Part shown: positions 11,744-20,751 of the stretch, piece by piece
Layout: each line of letters begins with the position of its first letter
Numbering within the stretch: the first letter of the stretch is position 1
Assembly (NCBI GenBank): GCA_963748805.1
Contig: CAVVLH010000006.1
Span: 36,186-100,185 of the forward strand
DNA from: an uncultured Alphaproteobacteria bacterium
GTDB lineage: Bacteria; Pseudomonadota; Alphaproteobacteria; Rhizobiales; Xanthobacteraceae
DNA: 64,000 nucleotides
Direction: 5' to 3'
Made by a program: the position numbers and the translations under genes
The notes under the pieces: generated by a model
Told to the model about the DNA's origin: nothing
Seen by the model: only the letters and a program-made list of their open reading frames with translations
The model's database searches: none

Positions 11744-13386
11744 TGACCGGGCTTGCGTCGCGACTGGCAGCGCTGCATGGCGGTCTCTGGGCGATCGACC
11801 CCTGGTATCAGCGCAGCTGGTTTGTCGCACCGCCTGCCATCGCGCTGGTATTGGCCGGATGGATGATGGGCGACGCGCGGATGCCGGCAAACGCGCCTTG
11901 GGCGAAACCTGGAACCTCGGCGCCGAACGGTCCCGCCGCGCCGCCGGCAAACAACAAACCGCCATCACCGCAGGCGCAGACGTGCCGGAGCGACGACGTC
12001 GACAAGAATGTGGGCCTGGCTGCCTGCAACCAGGCGCTGGCGGAAACCGGTCTCGATACCAACACCCGTTCCGACCTTTTGACCCGCCGGGCCTTTCTGC
12101 GCAACCAGACGCCGGAGGCTCTCGCCGACCTCAATGAGGCGCTTCGGCTCAATCCGAACAATTACTGGTCGCTGGCACGGCGCGGCGCCCACTTTCTGGG
12201 CGAACGTGATTTCACCCGTGCCGCAGCCGATCTCAACAAGTCGATCAGCCTGAATCCCACGTACCAGTACGCGTTGCAGGTCCGCGGCGATATGTATTAC
12301 CAGCAGCAACAATACGACCTCGCCATCGCCGATCTCACAGAGGCGATCAAAATCGATAGCACGTTGACCCGGGCCTATTATCTGCGCGGCCTCGCCGAAT
12401 TCACCAAAGGCCTCTATGCCGCCGCGGCGCGCGACTTCGACGAATATCACAAGCTCAATCCATCGGATGTTGCCGGCCTGCGTTTCCGCGGCAATTCCTA
12501 CGCCTATGCCGGCCAGCGCGACCAGGCCATCGCGGATTTCAGCGAGGCGCTGCGGATCAACCCGCGCGACCAGTTCGCACTGGCGCTGCGCGCCCGCGCC
12601 TACTACTGGCAAAAGAAATTCGATCAGGCTTTCTCGGACGCCAACGAAGCCCTCGCCATCGACGCCTCGATGTCCATCGCCAGCGAAGTCAGAAGCTGGA
12701 TCAATTTTGATCGCGGCAGGTACGAAGCCGCGATCTCCGATCTGAACAACGCCATCAAGGCCGGTGCCAACCTTGACGAGTTGCAGACCCGCGGTCGCGC
12801 CTTGATGGCGACCGGGCAACTTGAGGCCAGCTATCGTGATTTCAAGCAGGCCGAGCAGATGGATACCAAGGCCGGCTACACGCAGTACCTGCTCGGACTG
12901 GTTTCGGAGCGCCGCGAAAATGCGCGGGTTCACCGCTGCATTGCCGGGGAAGGTGATGCGAACTGCTCGCGTATTCCCGATTATACCGAAACGATGGCGT
13001 ATTTCTCCAGAGGCATCGATCTTTCGCCGAACTTCGCACCTTGCTATTTTGACCGCTCGCGCATCTTGATGGCGCAGCGGCAGTTCGATCGCGCCAATGC
13101 CGATATCGAGACCGGCCTCAGGATCGATCCGAATAACTCCGAAGGCTATCTCGCGCGGGGAAACCTGTCGTTGACCCTGGAACGCTGGCGGGACGCGATC
13201 GATGACTACACGCGGTCCATCGGCATCAATTCAAAATCGGCCATGGCCTTCCTCAACCGCGGTCAGGCCTATCTGAAATTGAACGAACGCAACAATGCCA
13301 TCAGCGACTTGCGATCGTCCTATTCGCTCAATTCAAGCAACGACTATACGAGGAATCTTTTACGCTCGCTCGGTCAACGGGTCTGA
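11743..13386 (+). CDS. Membrane-anchored tetratricopeptide repeat protein
   Basis: N-terminal TM (IALVLAGWMM), Pro-rich linker, many TPR units (A..D...A..L.P....A...RG); TAATG overlap with the ATPase stop. Confidence 0.9.
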   Translation: MTGLASRLAALHGGLWAIDPWYQRSWFVAPPAIALVLAGWMMGDARMPANAPWAKPGTSAPNGPAAPPANNKPPSPQAQTCRSDDVDKNVGLAACNQALAETGLDTNTRSDLLTRRAFLRNQTPEALADLNEALRLNPNNYWSLARRGAHFLGERDFTRAAADLNKSISLNPTYQYALQVRGDMYYQQQQYDLAIADLTEAIKIDSTLTRAYYLRGLAEFTKGLYAAAARDFDEYHKLNPSDVAGLRFRGNSYAYAGQRDQAIADFSEALRINPRDQFALALRARAYYWQKKFDQAFSDANEALAIDASMSIASEVRSWINFDRGRYEAAISDLNNAIKAGANLDELQTRGRALMATGQLEASYRDFKQAEQMDTKAGYTQYLLGLVSERRENARVHRCIAGEGDANCSRIPDYTETMAYFSRGIDLSPNFAPCYFDRSRILMAQRQFDRANADIETGLRIDPNNSEGYLARGNLSLTLERWRDAIDDYTRSIGINSKSAMAFLNRGQAYLKLNERNNAISDLRSSYSLNSSNDYTRNLLRSLGQRV

Positions 13387-13478
13387 GCCGCAGCCTCGTT
13401 TCAATAGAGGTATTTCGATCCCGGGCTAGCTTGGGGTGTCCCGTCTTCGAGAGCCACGCCTTGGCCGAATTATTGCAT

Positions 13479-13517
13479 TGGTGCTTTAAGATGGTGCTTT
13501 AAGATGGTGCTTTAAGA
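13479..13517. repeat. Perfect tandem repeat (TGGTGCTTTAAGA)x3
   Basis: Three exact 13-bp copies, about 100 bp upstream of the caspase-like gene. Confidence 0.95.
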
Positions 13518-13614
13518 TTAGTTGCCCGTCGGCCGTGATCACGACGGTGTGTTTGAACCGAAACGATTTTCCAAACCCGAATGAATGCGGGACATCAATT
13601 AAGGGGAATGGGCC

Positions 13615-15018
13615 ATGCGCTTCTTGATCATTGCATTGTCGATTGCTGGTATGCTGGTAAGTGCGAGTGCCGCCAAGGCCGACCGGCGGGTCGCCTTCGT
13701 CGTCGGAAATGGCGCCTACAAGAACGTTGCGGCACTTCCGAATCCGCCGGTCGACGCCAAGGCGATGGCCTCCGTATTGCGAAATGCCGGTTTTGATGTC
13801 GTGGAAGGCATCAACCTCACCCGGGACAAGATGACCGAGCGGCTGCTTGAGTTCGGCAAGAAAACCCAGGGCGCGGATGTCGCGGTATTCTTTTACGCCG
13901 GACATGGCATCGCGGTGGACGGCACCAACTACCTGCTGCCGGTGGACGCCGACATCAAATCCGAAATGGACGTGAAGCTCGGCACCGCCATCAATGTCGA
14001 TCTCAGCATCGACCAGACCATGAGCGACGCCAAGGTCAAGCTGGTGTTCCTGGATGCCTGCCGCGACAATCCGTTCGCGGCGAAACTTCGCACGGAGCGA
14101 GCGACCCGGGGCCTCACCCTTCAATCCGGTTTGTCCGAGATGAAATCGGGCGAAGGCACACTGATCGCGTTTGCGACCGGCCCTGGACAGACTGCACTTG
14201 ACGGCCAGGAAGGCACCAACAGCCCCTTCACCCGGGCGCTGATCGCCAACATCACCCAACCCGGCGTCGAGATTCAGCAGGCGATGACCCAGGTCCGCGC
14301 CCAGGTCCGCGACGAAACCAACAAGGCCCAGCTGCCCTGGGGGAACACCAACCTGACCGGCGCCGTTTATCTCAATCCGGTTGCGGCGTCCGCCGGTGCA
14401 CCGGTAGCGGTTGCTTCGAACAGCCCAACGGCTACCGCGACCGGCACCAATTCCGACGTCGAATTGGAGTTCTGGCGCTCGATCAAGGACTCCAACAAAC
14501 CCGAAGAGCTCAACGCCTATCTGACCAACTATCCAAACGGGCAATTCAAGTCTCTGGCTCTGGCACGCATCGCCTCGCTCGAGAACGGTCCAAGCACCGC
14601 GACCCGCAACCTCAGCGTCGGTACCGATCCCGCCACCTTTACCGACGAAGCCAGCCAGCTCACCGAGGATCAGATCGGCCTCGACCGCAACCAGCGGCGC
14701 GACGTGCAGCGCCGTCTGAGCGGTCTTGGCTTCGACACCAAGGCCACGGGAAAGTTCGATGACTCCACCCGCGTCGTCATCAAACGCTGGCAGGCGGCTC
14801 GCGGCTATCCCAGCACCGGCTACCTCAACAAGCTCCAGCACAAGGCGTTGCTGACGGAAATCGTGGCGACGAACCAGACCAGTTCGAACGACGACTCCGA
14901 CGATCATCCGCGCCGTCATTCCGGCGGTGGCGGCCGCCGCGGTGGTGGCGGAGGCGGCGGACTTGCCGGACCGGGACAATTCATCGGCGGCTTCGCCCGC
15001 GGATTGTTCGGCCGATAA
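13615..15018 (+). CDS. Secreted caspase-like peptidase (C14) with C-terminal peptidoglycan-binding-like domain
   Basis: Signal peptide; RRVAFVVGNGAY, FFYAGHG (His), FLDACRDNP (Cys); RRDVQRRLSGLGFD...GKFD..TR..IKRWQ PG-binding-like segment; Gly-rich tail. Confidence 0.9.
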   Translation: MRFLIIALSIAGMLVSASAAKADRRVAFVVGNGAYKNVAALPNPPVDAKAMASVLRNAGFDVVEGINLTRDKMTERLLEFGKKTQGADVAVFFYAGHGIAVDGTNYLLPVDADIKSEMDVKLGTAINVDLSIDQTMSDAKVKLVFLDACRDNPFAAKLRTERATRGLTLQSGLSEMKSGEGTLIAFATGPGQTALDGQEGTNSPFTRALIANITQPGVEIQQAMTQVRAQVRDETNKAQLPWGNTNLTGAVYLNPVAASAGAPVAVASNSPTATATGTNSDVELEFWRSIKDSNKPEELNAYLTNYPNGQFKSLALARIASLENGPSTATRNLSVGTDPATFTDEASQLTEDQIGLDRNQRRDVQRRLSGLGFDTKATGKFDDSTRVVIKRWQAARGYPSTGYLNKLQHKALLTEIVATNQTSSNDDSDDHPRRHSGGGGRRGGGGGGGLAGPGQFIGGFARGLFGR

Positions 15019-15197
15019 TCCGAACTCGTCGCGGCAGCGCCGGCCGAACCCGGAGCCGCCGCAACTACCCGAAAAGCCCCTCGGTCTTCATTGCCGATCA
15101 AGTATCCCAAAACCGCATCGCTCTGACGATCGAGTCCCGTTCTGATGAACCACCCCTATTGGCAGCCAAATATATACAACCCGCGAGGAAAATTTCG

Positions 15198-15830
15198 ATG
15201 ATCCGATCTTTTAGGACCCAGGCGATTGTTGCCATCGGGGCCCTGCTGACGATGTCTGTCGGACAAGCGTTTGCCGGTGATGACGTCACCGCCGACACGA
15301 TCGTACGAGCGCTTCAGCCCAAGCCGCTGACGAGAAGTCTTTCCATGACGCCGACACGGGACCCGGCCGCCAATGCGGCAGACGGGCGCGTCATCGACAG
15401 CCTTCGCAACAGGAAAACGCGTTCACTTTCGTCAAGCGAGCGCGAAGAGATCGCGACCGTCGCAGCGGACAAGCCGAACATCGATCTCGAAATCACCTTC
15501 GATTACAATTCTGCGGATATCAGCGGAACGTCGCTGCCCAGCGTCCAGGCACTCGGCAAAGCCCTTACAGATCCGCATCTCAAGGGTTCGACCTTCATGG
15601 TCGCCGGCCACACCGATGCAGCAGGTGGGGAAGCCTACAATCAGGAACTTTCCGAACGTCGGGCCGACACCATCAAACGCTATCTCGTCGATAACTTCGG
15701 TATTGCAGGCAACGACCTGATCACCGTTGGCTATGGCAAGGACAAGCTCAAGAATCCGAATGCGCCGATGGATCCGGCCAACCGTCGGGTGCAGGTCGTC
15801 AACCTGGCAAATAAGACCGCGTCCAAGTGA
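15198..15830 (+). CDS. OmpA family peptidoglycan-associated protein
   Basis: Signal peptide; ITFDYNSA, VAGHTDAAG..YNQELSERRA, GYG, NRRVQV motifs. Confidence 0.92.
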   Translation: MIRSFRTQAIVAIGALLTMSVGQAFAGDDVTADTIVRALQPKPLTRSLSMTPTRDPAANAADGRVIDSLRNRKTRSLSSSEREEIATVAADKPNIDLEITFDYNSADISGTSLPSVQALGKALTDPHLKGSTFMVAGHTDAAGGEAYNQELSERRADTIKRYLVDNFGIAGNDLITVGYGKDKLKNPNAPMDPANRRVQVVNLANKTASK

Positions 15831-15857
15831 CGGGTTCGATCGGTTCGCCTCACTTAC

Positions 15858-15928
15858 CTGGTGTGGCGGTTCAGAAGTTCGAAACGTGGCTCCGTAAAAT
15901 GATACGAACTTCGGAATCGGGACACTGG
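15858..15928. repeat. Solo (apparently collapsed) copy of the CTAG twin-hairpin family
   Basis: ctggtgtggcggttcagaagttcg...cgaacttcggaatcgggacactgg; no 3-nt bulge on either arm. Confidence 0.75.
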
Positions 15929-15965
15929 CCTCAATTGGTTCGCAACCCTCAATAGGAGAGACACC

Positions 15966-16334
15966 ATGCGCAAACCTCTTCTCGCGATCGCCGTTCTCAT
16001 GATTTCCACCATCGCCGCCGGTGCCGATCCCACCCTTCGCGTCGCGGAGAACGATCAGCCTTCAGTGCCGCCGGTTGTCATCACGACCGAGCCGAGTGAA
16101 CCGGCAAAGCCCATCGAGGCGAAGACCCCCGAACCGACCAAGGCGGTTGAATCGACAAAGGCCGCCGCCGAACCAGCCAAGGTTGTTGCAGAGCCAGCAA
16201 AGACGGCAGAGCCAACACCGGCTGCGGAAGCAAAACCGGCTCAACCTCAGAAGACGAAGTCGCGTGTGGCGCGCCAAGAAAGCGCCGAACAGAAGGCTCG
16301 CCGGATCGCTGCGAAATACGGCGTCTATTGGTGA
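15966..16334 (+). CDS. Secreted Pro/Ala/Glu/Lys-rich hypothetical protein
   Basis: GGAG RBS, signal peptide, EP(A/T)K repeats, C-terminal ARRIAAKYGVYW. Confidence 0.8.
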   Translation: MRKPLLAIAVLMISTIAAGADPTLRVAENDQPSVPPVVITTEPSEPAKPIEAKTPEPTKAVESTKAAAEPAKVVAEPAKTAEPTPAAEAKPAQPQKTKSRVARQESAEQKARRIAAKYGVYW

Positions 16335-16610
16335 ACTGAAACTCGGATGGGCGGGTAGATCCGCGCAATTCCGATCCTGTTGCAGGACTGAATGACAGCC
16401 GGGATCGCTACTGCCTGAGGACTGCAAGCCCCTTTTCCGACTTCGATCAGCATCCGCGAGAGCCATCCGGGGATGCCGCAAGGATGCTCCGCCACCCGCG
16501 GCCGGCCGGCCCGCGCGGTGGCATTGTTGTTGCAACGTCGGGTCATGCACGGCGACTGTTCAAGCGCGGGCAAGAACCGAGCCCAAAAGAATTGGGCCCA
16601 AGGAGACAAC

Positions 16611-17555
16611 ATGGAACATCACCTGCCTTCAACACCCGGCCATGTGCACTGGGGTCTGTGGGACGCGGCGCTGCCGCCTGTATTGCGGATCGCATCCGGC
16701 GATCGCGTCACCATCGAGACGCTGTCCGGCGAGCCTGAGGATTTGCCGGACCCGGCGTCAGGATTCCGCATCTTGCCGGACCACGAGGCCGTATTGGCGT
16801 CCACTTTTCGCGGGCCCGGCCCGCATCTCTTGACCGGCCCGATCTATGTCGAGGGCGCCGAGCCCGGCGACGTACTCGAGGTGCGTTTGCTCGACATCAA
16901 GTTTCGCAGCGATTGGGGCTGGAATCTCCAGTTGCCGTTCTGGGGCACCCTGCCGGAAGATTTCCCCGAATTGCGGCGGCTCCATATCCCGCTCGACCGC
17001 GATCGCGGCCTTGCCAAGCTGCCATGGGGACAGGAACTGCCGCTCGCGCCATTTTTCGGCAATTTTGGCGTCGCACCTGCCCCCGGCTGGGGCCGGCTGT
17101 CGTCGACCCAGCCGCGGGCCTTCGGCGGCAACATGGACAACAAGGAACTCGGCGTCGGCACCACGACCTATTTCCCGGTCTTCGTGCCGGGCGCCTTGTT
17201 CTCGGCCGGTGACGGCCATGGCGTGCAAGGCGACGGCGAGGTTTGCCTGACGGCGATCGAGACGCCGCTCGCAGGCACCTTCGAGTTTCATCTGCGCAAG
17301 GACATGAAACTCTCGACGCCGCGCGCCGAGAAGCCGGACGCCTGGATCACCATGGGCTTTGACGAAGATCTCGACGATGCCGTTAAACAGGCGCTGCGTG
17401 ACATGATCGCGCTGGTCTGCGAGCACTCCGGCATTTCCCGTCAGGATGCCTACACACTTTGCTCGCTGGCCGCCGACCTGCGCGTCACGCAAATGGTGGA
17501 CCTCAACAAGGGAATCCATTGCGTGCTGCCGAAAGCACACCTGCCCCGCCGCTGA
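16611..17555 (+). CDS. Acetamidase/formamidase family protein
   Basis: AGGAG RBS; GPHLLTGPIYVEGAEPGD, GGNMD, GDGH..QGDGEVCLTAIET motifs. Confidence 0.92.
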   Translation: MEHHLPSTPGHVHWGLWDAALPPVLRIASGDRVTIETLSGEPEDLPDPASGFRILPDHEAVLASTFRGPGPHLLTGPIYVEGAEPGDVLEVRLLDIKFRSDWGWNLQLPFWGTLPEDFPELRRLHIPLDRDRGLAKLPWGQELPLAPFFGNFGVAPAPGWGRLSSTQPRAFGGNMDNKELGVGTTTYFPVFVPGALFSAGDGHGVQGDGEVCLTAIETPLAGTFEFHLRKDMKLSTPRAEKPDAWITMGFDEDLDDAVKQALRDMIALVCEHSGISRQDAYTLCSLAADLRVTQMVDLNKGIHCVLPKAHLPRR

Positions 17556-18044
17556 GGTCCGGATTATCCTCCCACAAGCTGCTACGACTTGAGCGAGCGC
17601 GCCGGCAGCACGACCGGCACATGGGCCGACGAACTCACCACGCGCGGCGCACCATCGGAATAGGTCGGCACCCTGTCGCCGTGGCCCTTGATCAGGGCCT
17701 CGAGGACCAGAAAGAATTTTTCCGCAAGCATTGAACGAACTCCGTTGTTCATCAACTGCCTGCGATGCTGCGCTGACTCTGTTTCACGCCTGTTTCGTGC
17801 CTGCCGCGAAACGGTTTCATCGGGCCGTGCCGGGGCTGACGCGCCGTCACATCGCCGTGATGGGGACGGACCGGACGTTCATTCCAGACTGCCCCCTGTT
17901 TGGAGAAGGCGTTGCCGGAAACCGGCCAATAAAGAGATTCGGTGAATTGGCCGTCCTTAGGGTATTTCCTTCATATGAAGACGTGCCCGTGCTTCCATCG
18001 ACGGAAATGCGGGGCGCAACCAGGATGAGCCAAAGGAGAACGTC

Positions 18045-19022
18045 ATGAAGATTACGCGAAGGGCTCTATTGGGCGGTGTCGCAGCCGGAGCGGCATTCGG
18101 TCCGGCTATCGCTGCGTCTTCAACCGGGACGTGGCCGGCCCGTCCGGTGCGGATGATTTCGACCTATGCCGCCGGCGGCTCCAGCGACATTTCGCTGCGT
18201 ATCCTGGCCGAGTATTTCGAAGGCCGGATGGGCCAGAAATTCTTCGTCGAAAACAGACCAGGCGCGGGTTCGACGATTGCCAACCAGACGGTGGCACGGG
18301 CCGAGCCGGACGGCTACACGTTCCTGTATGCGGCGGCACCTTATGAAACGGCCGAAGCCATGTTCGGCAAGCTCAGCTACGACCCGCACAAGGATCTGCG
18401 TCCCATTGCGATGGCGATGATCGTCCCGCTATTTCTGATCGTCAACGCCAACGCACCTTACAAGACCCTCAAGGAGTTCGTCGCGTTCGCGAAATCAAAG
18501 CCGGACGGCGTAACGTTCGCAACGCCGACGCCTGGCAATCAACCGCATCTCGCCGCAGAACTATTCATGAGAACCGCCGGCTTCAAAGGCGTCGCCGTGC
18601 ACTTCGGCGGCGATGCCCCGGCCTACGTCGAACTTCTGGCCGGGCGTGTCGATGCGACCACCACCGCGCTGCCTGCGGCGCTGCCCCACATCAAGGCCGG
18701 TACCCTGCGCGTGCTCGGGTGTTTTTCCGATCAGCGCAGTTCCGTCTATCCGGAAGCCGCAACGCTGCGCGAACAGGGCGAAGACGTCGTCTCGCTCGGC
18801 TGGTACGGCTTCATGGCGCCGGCGGCGACACCGGGTCCCATCGTCGAGCGGATGCAATCCGAAATCGCTTTGGCCCTCGCCGATCCGACGATCAAGGAAA
18901 AGCTCGCCGTGCAGGGTCTCGATGCACACTATCTGCCGGGCGTGGAGTTCGGACAATTCATCGACCGCGAGAGCGAGAAGTGGGGCAAGATCATTCGCGA
19001 CGCCGGAATCAACAAGCCGTAA
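18045..19022 (+). CDS. Tripartite tricarboxylate transporter substrate-binding protein (Bug/TctC)
   Basis: Tat-like TRRALL leader; WPARPVRMI, AAGGSSD, VENRPGAG, PDGYT motifs. Confidence 0.93.
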   Translation: MKITRRALLGGVAAGAAFGPAIAASSTGTWPARPVRMISTYAAGGSSDISLRILAEYFEGRMGQKFFVENRPGAGSTIANQTVARAEPDGYTFLYAAAPYETAEAMFGKLSYDPHKDLRPIAMAMIVPLFLIVNANAPYKTLKEFVAFAKSKPDGVTFATPTPGNQPHLAAELFMRTAGFKGVAVHFGGDAPAYVELLAGRVDATTTALPAALPHIKAGTLRVLGCFSDQRSSVYPEAATLREQGEDVVSLGWYGFMAPAATPGPIVERMQSEIALALADPTIKEKLAVQGLDAHYLPGVEFGQFIDRESEKWGKIIRDAGINKP

Positions 19023-19026
19023 GCCA

Positions 19027-20145
19027 TCACCCCGAAACGCGTTCGCGGTAATGCGCGAGGACGGCAGCCACGCCGCCGGAAGAGATTGAGCTGTTCAGGC
19101 CTCCCGCGGCTCCTTCCGCAGCCGGCCTGGCGCGCTCCGTGATCGCGGCCTCACAGGCCGTGACCGCCTTCCATCCCTCCGCCGAGGCCAATGCTTCGGC
19201 AAGGTCCGCGGCGTCGGCAAGCGCAAGATTCACGCCTTCGCCACTGAAAGGCGACATCAGGTGGGCTGCATCGCCCAGTAAAGTGAGGCTGGGTCGGCTG
19301 CGCCATCTGTGCCCGATCGGCAACGCATAGAGCGGCCTGACGGCGATGAAGTCGCCGCTTTCGATCAGATAGGTGAGCGACGGCGCCCAGCCGGCGAACG
19401 CGTCGAGCAGCATGTTGCGGATACGCTCCGGACTTTCCGTCGTCCATTCCCGTGCGGTCTTTTCGGGAAGGCGCAGCCCGGCGTAGCCGCGAATATGCCC
19501 GTGGCCGTTACGCTGGGCGATCAGGACCCTGTTGTCGCCGACCGCGAACATCTTGCCGCCACCGACCAGCGCATCGACCGTGATATGGCGCTTCGCGTCG
19601 AAGCCGAGTTCGACCAGGGTCGCGCCTTCGTACAGGGGAACGGCTTCGGTGAGCAGCGGCCGCACCCGCGACCAGGCGCCGTCTGCCCCGATCACGACAT
19701 CGAAGCGTTCGGCCGCGCCGCCGGCAAATACATCGCAGCCGCCCTCCGCGCGAGGCGTGACGGCCTCGACCTTGCTCCCCCAGCGCACAATTCCCGGCGG
19801 AAGTGAGTCCAGCAGGATCTGGCGCAGCGCGGTCCGGTCGATCTCCGGTCGATCGTCGCCGGCTCCGTCGCGGTCGAACAGCAATGTGCCGTTCTGATCG
19901 TAAAGCCGGTCACCCTGATCTTCCGGCCTGGCGGCGGCGCTGAATTCCTTCTCGAGTCCGGCGAGTTGCATCGCCCGTTGACCGGTATCGCCATGGAGAT
20001 CGAGCGAACCGCCTTGCGGCCGGTCGCCGGCATGGCGATCGCGCTCGAATACCACCGGCTCGAACCCGCGCAGCAGAAGCAGGCGCGCGAGCATCAACCC
20101 GCCGGGCCCGCCGCCGATGATCGCGATATGAGGCTTACTTGTCAT
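19027..20145 (-). CDS. FAD-dependent monooxygenase, TetX-like group
   Basis: IAIIGGGPGGL, ERD..GGSLDLH..TGQ.AM..AGL, PEIDR..LR.ILL.SL, DG..SRVR, GDAAHLM.PF.G.GVN. Confidence 0.88.
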   Translation of the reverse strand: MTSKPHIAIIGGGPGGLMLARLLLLRGFEPVVFERDRHAGDRPQGGSLDLHGDTGQRAMQLAGLEKEFSAAARPEDQGDRLYDQNGTLLFDRDGAGDDRPEIDRTALRQILLDSLPPGIVRWGSKVEAVTPRAEGGCDVFAGGAAERFDVVIGADGAWSRVRPLLTEAVPLYEGATLVELGFDAKRHITVDALVGGGKMFAVGDNRVLIAQRNGHGHIRGYAGLRLPEKTAREWTTESPERIRNMLLDAFAGWAPSLTYLIESGDFIAVRPLYALPIGHRWRSRPSLTLLGDAAHLMSPFSGEGVNLALADAADLAEALASAEGWKAVTACEAAITERARPAAEGAAGGLNSSISSGGVAAVLAHYRERVSG

Positions 20146-20163
20146 ACTGATGATCTCCTGTTA

Positions 20164-20197
20164 CATAGGTACCTATATTATAATATAGGTACCTATG
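20164..20197. promoter_or_regulatory. Perfect 34-bp palindromic operator/bidirectional promoter, probable MarR site
   Basis: CATAGGTACCTATATTATAATATAGGTACCTATG equals its own reverse complement; two ATAGGTACCTAT units flank a central TATAAT present on both strands. Confidence 0.8.
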
Positions 20198-20199
20198 CA

Positions 20200-20667
20200 A
20201 TGGCTGATGACGACTGGAATCCGATGGCGCATCCGGGCCATTATTTTAGCCGCATCGCGCGTGGATTGGCGCGGATCGGCGACATCAGGCTTCGCGAACT
20301 GGGCTTCGCCACCGCCCAGCTACCGGTGTTGACCGCACTCAAGGACGGCGCGCGCATGTCGCAAACCGAGCTCGCGCGCTGGGCAAAGGTTGAACAGCCG
20401 ACGATGGCGCAAATGCTCACCCGAATGGAGCGTGACGGAATTATAAAACGGGAGCCCGACCCGGCGGACGGCCGCAGCAGCCTCATCTCATTGACCAAGC
20501 AAGCACGGGCACGGCTTCCGGCCGGCCGCGCCATCCTCCGGCAAGGCAATGTGGACATGACACAGGGTCTGTCGGCGCAGGAAGTGGAGACGCTCGTCGG
20601 CCTCTTGCGTCGCGTGCTCGCCAATGTCGAGGCGATGGAAACCGGATCGCAGGCCGGCAAGGACTAA
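20200..20667 (+). CDS. MarR family transcriptional regulator
   Basis: SQTELARWAKVEQPTMAQMLTRMERDGII.R.PDP.DGRS..I.LT winged HTH. Confidence 0.93.
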   Translation: MADDDWNPMAHPGHYFSRIARGLARIGDIRLRELGFATAQLPVLTALKDGARMSQTELARWAKVEQPTMAQMLTRMERDGIIKREPDPADGRSSLISLTKQARARLPAGRAILRQGNVDMTQGLSAQEVETLVGLLRRVLANVEAMETGSQAGKD

Positions 20668-20751
20668 GCGGCTGCATCCGGCGCCCCGAAGGGATCGCCG
20701 GATGCGCGCGATAGAAAAATGCAGAACTCTCGCCGAGGGTTGGTTTCTCGC

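Noticed and set aside
17556-18044. ncRNA or riboswitch in the ~490-bp gap (also checked 43770-44200)
   Set aside because: No riboswitch, tRNA or sRNA motif recognisable by eye; an Rfam/Infernal scan would be needed
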